The translations under genes and the position numbers were made by a program. The notes beneath the pieces are model-generated. The model saw nothing but the letters and a program-made list of their open reading frames with translations, was not told where the DNA came from and ran no database searches. Positions 53,551 through 64,000 of a stretch of DNA of 64,000 nucleotides are shown in pieces. This DNA comes from Epithemia pelagica (taxonomy: Eukaryota; Protista; Bacillariophyta), in the NCBI GenBank assembly GCA_946965045.2, contig OX337242.1, forward strand, positions 930,001 through 994,000, given 5' to 3'. Every line of letters begins with the position of its first letter. Positions within the stretch are counted from its first letter, which is position 1.

Positions 53551-54609
53551 CTATTTCTTAGATCCAAGTTTTCGTCCCTTGGTTCGTTTGCGATTTTTGA
53601 TGGCCTTGTTGAGACTGCTTTGATTTTTGCCTTCGTCATCGTTTTTGGCTTCCGGGTCAAGCCGCTTGCGAACAAACTCAAATGGGATGAGCCAATCAGG
53701 ATGGCCGAGTTTCGGCCACACAAACTTGTGAAAGTAATAAACATGCCCCGAGAGAATTCCCAACACATGAGGCAGTGCAGCCATGGCCGATTGAGCTTGC
53801 AACACGTCGGTGGCCATGAGTCCGTAGGGCAACGACCAGTACGGTACGTTGAAAATGAGCCATTTCACTTTTTGGTGAGGCATTGATCGGCTCAAAACGT
53901 GAAGCATGGCTGTTATCAAGGATGGGGCGAAAAAGGGTTGCCCCGTTAGTACGCTGAGAATTGACAAGGTGAAAAGTTGTGACACCAGGAACATAAAATG
54001 CTGTGCTGTTCCGTATGCACGTTCAAGTGTTGATCCATACTGAAATAGGTAGTAGCCGCTCATGAGCCAACTGATAGAAGGGGGTCCCAAGAAAGCTGCA
54101 GCAGAAAACGGCCTCCACAACTGCAACCCATACATGATACGTGTCGGATCGAGGGCTAGTACATCTTGCGTCATTTCTTCTCCCAAACCGAGGCCAAGCA
54201 AGGTTGTCAATCCCACCATTGTTATGTGAATCCGCGTTAAGGGCTGAATCTTTTTGTACTTTCCTAGCAGATTGGAGAGTGTCGATTTGGAGCCTTCATC
54301 CGAGGACGCGCCAACTTTTGTCTTTCCTGTTGCCGACAGTTTTGACGCCTTCTTTTTGCTACTTGGAGACTTTCCGCTCAATGACCCAACTCTAGATCGC
54401 TTCGCCCCACCTCTCAGATCCAACACAAGGGAAGTAGTTTCCGTAGATAGCGGATTGTTTGTGTTGGTCTGCGGCCTTGTGCCATCATCAAGTCTGTTCA
54501 AGACGCCCCATCCATTTATCCGTCTGTACGCGACAACAGTTTCTAACTGCGCTAGAATCCAAAGTGCTCCGAGAGAGACTAATATCAATCGCCGGCGGTT
54601 CAAGTACAT
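53551..54609 (-). CDS. DER1: Derlin (Der1) with N-terminal signal and transit-like extension; candidate SELMA component, 352 aa
   Basis: QPLTRIH, LQLWRPFSAAAFLG, YGSTLER, VPYWSLPY and LGILSGHVYYF; hydrophobic signal peptide and long basic spacer before the Der1 domain. Confidence 0.85.
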   Translation of the reverse strand: MYLNRRRLILVSLGALWILAQLETVVAYRRINGWGVLNRLDDGTRPQTNTNNPLSTETTSLVLDLRGGAKRSRVGSLSGKSPSSKKKASKLSATGKTKVGASSDEGSKSTLSNLLGKYKKIQPLTRIHITMVGLTTLLGLGLGEEMTQDVLALDPTRIMYGLQLWRPFSAAAFLGPPSISWLMSGYYLFQYGSTLERAYGTAQHFMFLVSQLFTLSILSVLTGQPFFAPSLITAMLHVLSRSMPHQKVKWLIFNVPYWSLPYGLMATDVLQAQSAMAALPHVLGILSGHVYYFHKFVWPKLGHPDWLIPFEFVRKRLDPEAKNDDEGKNQSSLNKAIKNRKRTKGRKLGSKK

Positions 54610-55044
54610 ATTGGTTGTTGGAGTCTGAATGATGAAGTTTGCAATGGTCGAGATCAATTGGCTTAACCCAAGAAGCTACAAGCACGTCATGAAAAATGAA
54701 CAGATGAAGAGACGGCTATGATGTGTGGGTAGTGCGAGTGTACCTCAATGTGCCACGTGGAGTGGGTCCATCACACTCGTGACTCCCGTCGATTCCCAGA
54801 AACCATTTTCGCGACCTGAATACGGTCATATTCTTCTCAATAATCGATGTCTTTTATTTTATGTGTCGACAATGTTTCTGATAGTGTGCATAGTCAAATG
54901 AGATTTCGGGCTGGAGTAGTAGAGTGAAAAGGTTACATGCAAAGGATTCGGAAAGATAAATATTTTCGTGGTAGTCCATGTCGACGACCAAGCGACACCA
55001 GTTAGAGCGCGTTTCCGTCCAACTTGTGTTTTGTTGTTGTAGAG

Positions 55045-56456
55045 TTAGGGACGTAGCTTTCCCAAATCGCCTGTTCCAGATCGACCTCCACCACCATTGC
55101 TACGACGAACAATGTCTTCGAAATAGCCACCCATGCAGGTCAAAATATCTTCCCACAAACCACTTTCGTTGTCTTTTTCTCCCCCCGCATGCCGAAGGAT
55201 AAAGTCGGGCGATACCGAGGCCATGTACCATATGCCCTGTTGCAACTCTTGCTGCAATTGTCCAGGTACCCACGCCACATGGCCTTTGGCGAACAAGGCA
55301 GTTTTTGGATCCATGGAACCTCGTCGAACTTGGGTCATGAGCTCTCGAGAGCCACCAACGTAAACACCTGGACAGAGTTTCCTGGAACCATCGACTTCCC
55401 CAAACGAATGAATGACTGCAAACTCTTCGGACTCGACAGGACCTCCAAAAGTAACTGTACTATCGCGAAAGGCCATTCTTTGAGAAAGATCGACTGTGGC
55501 GCTGCCACCCGAAGAAATGGCCATTAGACCACCGTCCAAAGGACTGTCGAAAAGAGAAGAACTTATGAGGCTTGGAAGAATTCCAACGAGTTCAGAGATA
55601 CTCTTTCGGCTTACCGATTGATCACGACGCCATAGGTCCCCGTGGTTTCGCTGTGTTGTGTGACAAGGACGACCGCTCGACGAAACACCCCTTCCAATTT
55701 CTCGCCGGCAATGAGAACATTGCCAGGCTCAATGGTTGGTATTTCATGAGCCCATCGGTGCTTGTCAATGACTGTTTCCTGGAAAAGAATCGGAAGCTCT
55801 TCATTGCTGACAAATGGATCTTCACTGACGACCTTGTCATTGTCAATACGGTCGAGGCGGTCATCGCTCGACGTTTGGCCGTTTCTTGGTTTCAACTGGT
55901 CACTGCCCGCAAAGGTTCTAGTTTCCGTGACAGAGGGAGGAGAACGAACAGGAAAGGAGTTCCATGGTTCGTTGGGCTGAACGGGTTCTTCAAAATTGTC
56001 GTAGTAACGATTATTGTGCCAATTTCGTTGGTACCCCGTATCCGGTGGAGGCATGACAGGAATGGCATCTTCGTTTTGTTCATTGGAATACCGGCTGCTG
56101 TGCCAATTGCGTTGATAACTGCTGGTACTGCGTTGCTGAACGGGCGAGTCTGGCTTGATCAAGGTCCTTCCGCCACGACGGAAACCGTGCGTCGACGACG
56201 TCGACGCCGACGACATGGAATTGAGACGGCGTCCCTGCTTGTTCTCTTGGGCCACGAGCTTGGCACGAAACATGCGCCAATCGTTGTTCATGGCCGCTTC
56301 CAAATTTCGTTCAATGTGAGCGCGATCTGAATCCTTAAAGTCATCGTAGTTCAAGGCCAATGATTGACGAGATGACTTGATGGGCGCCATAAAGCCATCC
56401 ACGAACGCGAAGGCCACCGAACAAGCCACAACAATTGTTCTGAAAGATACCGTCAT
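55045..56456 (-). CDS. DUF179 (YqgE/AlgH) protein, paralogue A; join(56456-55615, 55543-55045)
   Basis: [40 protein letters not shown] and WVPGQLQQE; VDG-F presequence; 71-nt phase-2 intron. Confidence 0.85.
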
Positions 56457-57627
56457 GGTTAACAATAAGTCTGGGAACTGGGAATCTTCCAGGGGATCAA
56501 TCCAAAAAGCACAGTTGCGTTAGTTGTGATATTTCCGACCATGGACGAAGCATACAGTTGGAATTGGCTTACCAAACGGATTTCCTGAGTTTCGACAAAG
56601 AAGTGATGGATGTTGTGATCCTGCCAAGAGCGATAATTAGACGGCGCAGTTGATGGGCTCTGATGTTTGATTGGCGCACAGAAAAGACACCGGGAATTTC
56701 ATGTCTGTCCAGCAGATGGTGACTATCGTATTTGATTGGTTGGTTTCGTGTCTTGAGTTTCACCAAAATCCGAACTCTCGTACATACCCCGACAGAAAGA
56801 AAATCCCACATGTATGGAGAACACCCACATTCAATCTCACCATGTTCTCTGTCGTATCACCCCTAAAATCGATTCCTGCGCCCTCATTTTTTGCGAGCCT
56901 GCTCGTGAAAACGTGAATCCATCAAAACTTTCTTCTGTATGTCAACTGGTGTCAACCACCTGTTTCTTGCCGAGGATGGCTTGGGAGGCAACCGTCGCAG
57001 AGGTTGGCTTCTACAATAGCATGATGGATGGGATCGAGGAACGGCACCCCTTTCAAAATCTGGACACAAGAGCAACATGGTCTTCGTGACGACGACAACG
57101 GTCACCAGTCTTCTCCATCACCATTCTTTCTTGATCTGAGGGCAGCGACTAATGGTCCACACGACGATCGATGTCGGTGTGTTGACACCATTCGTCGCAT
57201 CGGTGAGAAGTGCAGGCAAACGATATGTATTCTCAGTACATACTATGGTCGAGATGACCAAGTCTGGCGAGGAACGCGGATACACGCCCAGCAAAACTTG
57301 GAGTACGTCTCATGCCAACGAGCAGATATGAAAGCCGCTGTGCTTATGGGTCAGTCAAGGCTGGTTTGAGATGCGAAGCTGACATTCGTTCCGCCAAACA
57401 AGAAATGTTGTGGACGGGTCAAGTACTGAAACTGAGAATTACCAACAATTGCCCATTGAAGCGAATAATGATGAATCGCATTTATAAGAAACGAAACACC
57501 ATGCAAAAGGTCGGCCAGGATAACGACGTACTTCACGATTCAACGTACAAGCGAGAAGACTCCTATTATCCCACTGCTGTCTATGGGGAATGTATTGAAT
57601 TGAACCATGACATCGCTCGTAGTCATC

Positions 57628-57729
57628 CGTCTTGGCACTCACCTTCAGAACTCTACCACAAAAGACTTGAAGGGCGAACGTCTTGGCACTCACTTTCAGA
57701 ACTCTACCACAAAAGACTTGAAGGGCAAA
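57628..57729 (+). repeat. 51-bp tandem duplication (2 copies, 2 mismatches)
   Basis: CGTCTTGGCACTCAC(C/T)TTCAGAACTCTACCACAAAAGACTTGAAGGGC(G/A)AA x2. Confidence 0.9.
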
Positions 57730-58646
57730 CTAACACCGAACCAGATTGAACAAAATCTTGAACGACGAAGCAAATCTGATCGGGACCATTGCGACAGATC
57801 ATCGTTCGTAGTATACAATGGTGTTGGAGAAAGTTTCGAGAACGAGGAATACAAGATTGCCTTTAACCAAAGTGGGATTGCAAGGGAACATCTGGTTGAT
57901 CCGGTTATGGGGATGAGCGAAAAACCGTGGAGAGTGGAGACACTGACCAAACATGATAACATGCCCGGAAATATGAGTTTTCCCCCTTGATTCATGGTTG
58001 TTAATGTTTCCTAGCATCAGCCCTCTGATCCAGCTTCTCTACAGTCCATGGCGAACAACTTTCCATGCAAAAAGATAGAGAAATGCAACTTGTAAGGGTA
58101 GCGTACACAATTGGCCTGTCCATTCCATATATTGTTGGGTGTAGACATAGACATCCGACCACAAAATTCTCATTCGCCCCTCCCCCTTTGGTGGTTTCTC
58201 AATGCCCCAAAATTGCGGCGGACTTTGTGTGATTTCCCCCTTTTCGGAAAGGATAGGTGACAAATTCCCCCAGAAGAACCCCCAGAATCCAGAACAAAAA
58301 ATTCGGGTCGCCGCACCAGTTCTCGTTGTTTTGCAGCCTCACACCACAGTGTCATTGCTGCTTTCGCCTTTCTTGGTTGGATCCCATCGACTTTCGACAT
58401 GCCGAAGGCAACAAACAACACAAGGATTTTAGTTGTTGCTATAGGATTACTTGAGAAATAATGGTCTACTATGTTTTAGCTTGAGAGGGATCACATGTTC
58501 TCATGCGGGTTTATGGTCGTTGTTTGGGACGTGCAAGGGGGGATGAATTTGTGCAATTCTCGACAGATAAAGATAATAGTGAAACACTTGATTCATTCAC
58601 CATCATCATCATGGGCAAACACACACAAGGCAGCAGCTAGTTTGAG

Positions 58647-59935
58647 TTAGGGCATGACACGTCGAGAGTCTCCAGTTCCTCCATGACGCCGAGCAATCTC
58701 TTCAAATTTTCCTCCAATGCAAGTCAAAATATCCGTCCACAAGTCGTTGGAGTTGTCGTCCTCGGTCAATTCGACACCGGCATATCGCAAGATAAAGTCG
58801 GACGAGACCGCTGCCGTGTACCAGACACCCTTTTGAATTTCGCGATTCAATTGTCCTGGAACCCAGGCCGCGTGACCTTTGACAAACAAGGCGCGGTTGG
58901 GATCCATGGATCCCAGTCGAACTTGCATCATAAGCTCCTCGGAACCACCAATGTAGACGCCAGGACAAAGCTTACGGGCTCCCTCAACCTCGCCAAAAGA
59001 GTGCAAAACAGAAAACTCATCCGTCAACACAGGGCCTCCGTAGGCAACACGACTGTTGTGAAAGGCCATTTTGAGGGAAAGGTCGAGTTTGGCTTTTGGT
59101 GTCGAACCGACTTTTCGCAAGTCGCCTTCCATTGGACTGAACAATGGCAACATGTTAGATTAGCGATTCGACAAGACTGATATTTGCACCCATTAAAAAT
59201 TACTTACCGGTTGATTACGACACCAAAGGTTCCGGTACTCTCATGATGCTCGATAACCAAGACAACAGTTTGATGGAAGACACCTCCAAGTTTCTCATTT
59301 GCAATAAGAACAGCTCCTGGTTCGACATAGGGTATCTCATGCGCCCATCGGTGCTTGTCAATTATTGTTTCCGGAAGCAAGAGAGGCAGTTCAGCTTCGC
59401 TCACAAAAGGATCTTCATGGACAACTGCTGATGTTTTGCCTTCTCCCTCTTCCTCCGTCTTTCGTGGTCGGCCTGTTTCTGGTTTGGGAATGAAATGCGC
59501 TCCTCCCACCAAGTCTCCGGCAAAAATGCTCGTTTCGGACGACGGTTCGGGAGGTGCCTTTGACTTAAAAATCGACGACAAGGCACCGGCAAAAAGATCG
59601 CCGAGTTGCGCTTGCCGTTGCAGCTTTGGATCGCTTTCCTCGGCAGACTGCACCTTTGACTTAGTGCTACTGCTTGTGCTGGAGGAGGGCTTCTTTTCTA
59701 CGTTTTTCTGATTTTCCAATTTTTCCTTGGCCACCAGTTTGGCACGGAATACGCGCCAATCATTGTCCATGGCCTGTTCCAAGTTCCTTTCAATGTGAGC
59801 GCGGTCGGAATTCTTTGGAGAGTTGTTCAGAACCGATTCTACTCGGTCATTTCTGTTGACTGGAATGGGTACAAAGCCATAGGTGGGTGACAAGGTGACC
59901 AGGATGGTCATGAGTGATCTCAGCGATAGTGTCAT
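58647..59935 (-). CDS. DUF179 (YqgE/AlgH) protein, paralogue B; join(59935-59208, 59136-58647)
   Basis: [33 protein letters not shown] and WVPGQLNRE; TYG-F presequence; 71-nt phase-2 intron at the same position as in paralogue A. Confidence 0.9.
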
Positions 59936-60856
59936 GTTTGATAGTTTGGGAATTCTGTCAAGGGGACCAAGGATACAACAAATCCAGATCAATAGGCAGC
60001 CAGCGAATGGTGAGCTTTCGAACAAGGTTCAATCCATCAATGACACGATCGCTACTTACTTTTTCTGATTATTTCGACGATGATTGTGAAAGAAATAACA
60101 AAAGGTGTCGAGGTGTCGCTTCTCTTGGTTCACAACGAAGAAAAAAGAACCACGAGATGGAGACCGCCAACCGCCAACGTTGGACAATGTCTAAGTCCAA
60201 ACGACGACCAATGAACAGATGGTGTGGATTTTGAGGACTTGTTCTCTTCGGCTTCGAACCAGTTGTTCTTGTGGTATCTTTGAGGGGGACCAGTATTTTC
60301 AGTACGAGGCACTACCGTGTCGGTGGGGCGTCTTTTCGGTCCCAGATCTTGGCATCACCCGAAAATCACACCAGAATACAGAATGGATTCCGGGAATTGA
60401 TTACTTATGCCCCGTGTCCGGATCGGACAGACATTTGGTGACAGCAGCCGCCTCTTCCGTCATGAGCATTGGAAGAGACAAGAGACACATGCCCACTTTT
60501 TCAAATACGCACTCAACAGATTTGATCCAGAATAGATGATCGAAGTGACCATCTGCCGCGCTCAAGCAATTTCATGCGATGATCCGAACTAAAACGATAA
60601 CGATGCAGGTGGTTTCATCTTTTTTATCCCCCCGACGAACAAAGAATCAATCTCCAAAGTCATGGAGAGTTCGTGTTTTGCATTCTCCTTGCCATCAACA
60701 ATTTCAAATCAAATGCGTACCAAGGGAATGCTAGAAGTATGTAGACGAGAAACTACGGATAGAATGGGAAAAGCAGTCACTTGAAAAATCTTGTGCTGTC
60801 AGAAATCTCAACGCCATCTAATGTATCAGGCATCAGTTAACTCAATCCAATCTACA

Positions 60857-62940
60857 TCATTTTTCTGGGTGCTTACAACACTCACAGGCTACGACCACAG
60901 TGTAATCTGCCCATTCTGATGATTGCTGGACCCTTAATTGTTCCTGCAATTGATCAATCTCGTTGTTCGTTCCTGGAGAAGCTGGTGGAGAGCAACACTT
61001 TTTGTCGTCGCCAATACCCGCAGATTCCGAAATGTCCATTTCCTGAGGTTTTCTCCTAAGACATTCAATGAGTCCGACGAGTGCCCAGGGATTCTTTGGA
61101 TGGAATACCAAATCTCGTCTGAACACCTCCTCAGCTTCTTGAATATGTCCTTGTTCCAGCAACAGACCACCTAATGCATGGCGAATCGGCTGCATGATAC
61201 CCCAGGGTTCGTCGTAGTTTAAATTGTCTTGCATCAGAACAGCCTTTCTTAGCAACGGAAAAGCCTTGTCGTAGAGTCCTTCGTGGTAGGCAATTTCACC
61301 CTTTAACATTACTGATTCAACTGCCAGTATTTCTGCCACAGAGTTGTTGTGTAATATACGGAAATGTGCTTCTTTGTCACCGCGCATCCCATCTAACCGC
61401 TCGGCTTCCTTCTTCGCTTCGTCAATGTGCCCCGTAGACGCGTATGCAATTCCACGAGCAAAGGATAGGGCGGTTGCTCGATACAACATCAACATCTTGT
61501 CTTTTGGCATTGGGACTTCCAAAATCTCTTTCCATCTGCCAAATCGAACCATAACGTGAATGTCTAACGCCGAATAACTTTCCAAATAGGACGTCAAATC
61601 TGGGAACTCTTGAAACATTTCCTCCGTCAGAATCCCATTCATTTCATTCGCCACTTCCATTGCTTTTCCTTCCATACCGCCCAGTATGGCCCCATACACA
61701 GCCATGTGATAATTGTGCGTAATGTATCCAAAGTAAAAGGACTCTCTACCTGCGGTGGAAGGCGAGACATGTCGCACATGAGTATCGGCAGCGATCGCTG
61801 CCAAATTGTCTCGTACACAAGATTCGTAGTCCCCAATTAAGACATCAATGTGGGTTGGCATATGAATTAAATGGCCCGCATGAGGAAAGGAGGAGCGCAG
61901 CGCAGGACATGCCCTTAATGCTTGTTGAGGTGTGGCCGACATCTCGGACAAATGAACGTAAATGTGACATAAACCAGCGTGAGTCGGATGTTGATCCAGT
62001 GACCGTTCCAACAGTTGTCGTACTTCGTCAACATCAGGACTCAAGGGTTTGCCACTGGGGTACTCATAAAGTTGCCATGCATTAGGAACAACCAATGATT
62101 CAGCAAACAAGTAAGCCACTTCCGGATCCGTAGGATACTTCTCATAGACAGAGCGACAGGCTTCTGCGTATGGGCGCCCCACCATTTCTTCGCTCAGATC
62201 AGGATCAAGGCCTGGATTGCATGTCAGAATCCGAATAGCTTGTAGCAGCAGCACCTCAACATCACTGATAAGATCAGGCTTTTCCCCCGAGCTAACAGCT
62301 GCAATATTCGTATGACCACCTTTACCTTTTCCTTTCCCCTTTTTGCCACTTTTCTTTGGCGTACGATGCATGCGTCGAATTTCATCAACAACCTCTAAAG
62401 CTTTCTTGCTGTGGCGATCTGCCACCTGATGACTCGGAAAGACACAAAGTTCATCGGGCTTGTCCACGTCTTCGTGGTGCGAGGCAGACTCATAGTATGC
62501 CCGTCCCTTAAAGTTGTAATTTGGAGAATGACAAAGTGACACCAATCCATGGGCCAAAGCTGTATGTGGAGAAAAATGCAAGCAGGCTCGGAAACATTTC
62601 GCGGCCATCTCATGTTGATACGAGAACAACAAACGAAGTCCCAAATCAAAATAGGCTCTTCCTTTTTCATGGACATCTGCATTTGTTACCTGTTTACGCC
62701 GATAGTTCCCCAAATTTATCGCACTCTCACCACTTAGTGGAGGGAAAGAGTAGACATCTTCGCCGGGCAAAAACTTATGGTTCTGTGGATCGGGGCCCTT
62801 TCATTAGGGTTGATTCAAACAATACGCACAGAATGAGTTATGAACAATCAGGAGAGCATCTGAATATCATGATGGAATATGGATCAAGGTCGCCTCACCT
62901 TATAAAGGAACTCATCCACCTTATGCTTTTGGTGTGCCAT
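60857..62940 (-). CDS. TPR-repeat protein; join(62940-62899, 62782-60857), a further 5' exon is possible
   Basis: YFDLGLRLLFSYQHEMA, HAGLCHIYVHLSEMS, HLIHMPTHID and WGIMQPIRHALG; a 116-nt GT-AG intron supplies an ATG for a TTG-started ORF. Confidence 0.8.
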
Positions 62941-63607
62941 GGTTTGTGAATACTGGTGACAATGGACCACCTTCAAACTGGAGCAGATCTACAAATAGGG
63001 ATAAGAGCGAAATGAGATGGTCTTGAGAGAGGAGAAAAGGAAAAGTTCTTGTTATTTTCGGAGGAACCCTGTCCATGTCCATTGACCATGGGGACACGTC
63101 GAACCCAATACTGCCATCTGCCCGGATATGGATCTGCGACCAACAATTCATGTTCCATTCTTGACACATAGCCACCATAGCTCAATCGTCCCAGAGTAGA
63201 TGTTTTGTTGTTGTTTTATACTCCTAATCCCTGAGTAGGAGTAGGAGTGCTCTTTTCATTTACTCCAAGGAGTCAAAAAGTGAGTGGCTCTTCCAGACAG
63301 CGTTGATGTATTGTGGAACGGTAGCACTGCTCCATCACCATCATCCAGGTCTGTTCCTTTTGTTCATAACTTCCATATCGTAGTCTCTTTCATCGACTTC
63401 ATTCGATTCTTCATTTTGCGTTCTTTCTCTGGATGTCGTCTAATGCAAGACACCCAGTCGTCTTGTCTCTCGTGGGTTATGTTGGAAACGAAAATGTGTT
63501 TTAACATAAACCAAACAACCCAATAAGAGTAGGATTAAATTCATCTACATAGTGGTGCTTGTGAACAACATAACAGAATGACATCTTCATACTACCTGAG
63601 AAAGCCT

Positions 63608-64000
63608 TCAATAATCTTTCACAATTTCGTTCACAACTCGATGCACAGACACCTCTTCCATCTCACCGGACCCAAGGTTCGCTGCATGGAAACGTTCCAA
63701 AATCTCCACGCTCCTTGCATCATCGAGAAAACCCATCTCGTGAAGTTGTTTCAGCTGGAGAGACCAGCGTTCGGCCTGAACAGGCTGGATAGAACCAGAC
63801 TCAGAAGCGACGGAAGGGAGTGTGGTTGGGATCGAATGATCATCGCCAATCACAAGGTTCGGAACAGGAACGCTCTGCTGAGATTCGCCCTTGCTCAAAT
63901 CACTCTCAAACAATGCCGAACCAACAACTTGAGCCGCACGGGCTAGGGCCTCGTCGGAGGTCATTTGTTCAGAGCTCACGACATCCCAGCTCGTCTGGCT
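63608..64000 (-). CDS. 3' end of an NBR1/p62-like protein (LIR motif plus UBA domain), 5'-partial
   Basis: The frame is open to the window edge: SQTSWDVVSSEQ (WxxV), then LQLKQLHEMGF...ILERF UBA-like domain. Confidence 0.65.
   Translation of the reverse strand, partial: SQTSWDVVSSEQMTSDEALARAAQVVGSALFESDLSKGESQQSVPVPNLVIGDDHSIPTTLPSVASESGSIQPVQAERWSLQLKQLHEMGFLDDARSVEILERFHAANLGSGEMEEVSVHRVVNEIVKDY

Overview
Gene-dense eukaryotic nuclear DNA with short (about 70-115 nt) GT-AG introns. It is most likely from a diatom, judged from CoDi-type Copia elements, bipartite plastid presequences and a presequence-bearing Der1; the species cannot be named from sequence alone. The first 12 kb is a single host gene split by two unrelated, oppositely oriented Ty1/Copia LTR retrotransposons. 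Removing both elements and one copy of each target-site duplication restores an intact 243-aa ORF. Element 1 (1342-6752, +) has 756-bp LTRs differing at 1 position, TG...TA ends and a 5-bp TSD. It encodes one 1139-codon Gag-Pol remnant that has lost or mutated its catalytic motifs yet stays open. Element 2 (6938-11790, -) has 224/225-bp LTRs, a 6-bp TSD and intact IN/RT/RH motifs, but no recognisable protease. Neither element has a normal TGG primer-binding site. Element 1 matches the anticodon arm of tRNA-Asn(GUU) in the copia/Ty5 half-tRNA register. Element 2 matches the D-arm of initiator tRNA-Met, implying a roughly 24-nt 5' tRNA-fragment primer. The interrupted gene belongs to an uncharacterised family of single-pass, probably type II, Ser/Thr/Pro-stalk membrane proteins. 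Six more members lie in tandem at 19-28.7 kb, and their ectodomains shorten along the array. In GCN2 the catalytic loop sits on 7-nt and 20-nt micro-exons, and in Aquarius the P-loop sits on a symmetric 48-nt exon. The rest is housekeeping or accessory genes: tandem F-box-like protein, COMT-like methyltransferase, mS33-like, COX16-like, fibrillin, EamA transporter, methyltransferase-zinc finger protein, bZIP, galactokinase, TLDc, Der1, two DUF179 paralogues, a TPR protein and a partial NBR1-like UBA protein. There is also a MITE-like element. No rRNA, tRNA or CRISPR array was seen. All family assignments rest on motif recognition by eye; no database searches were run.
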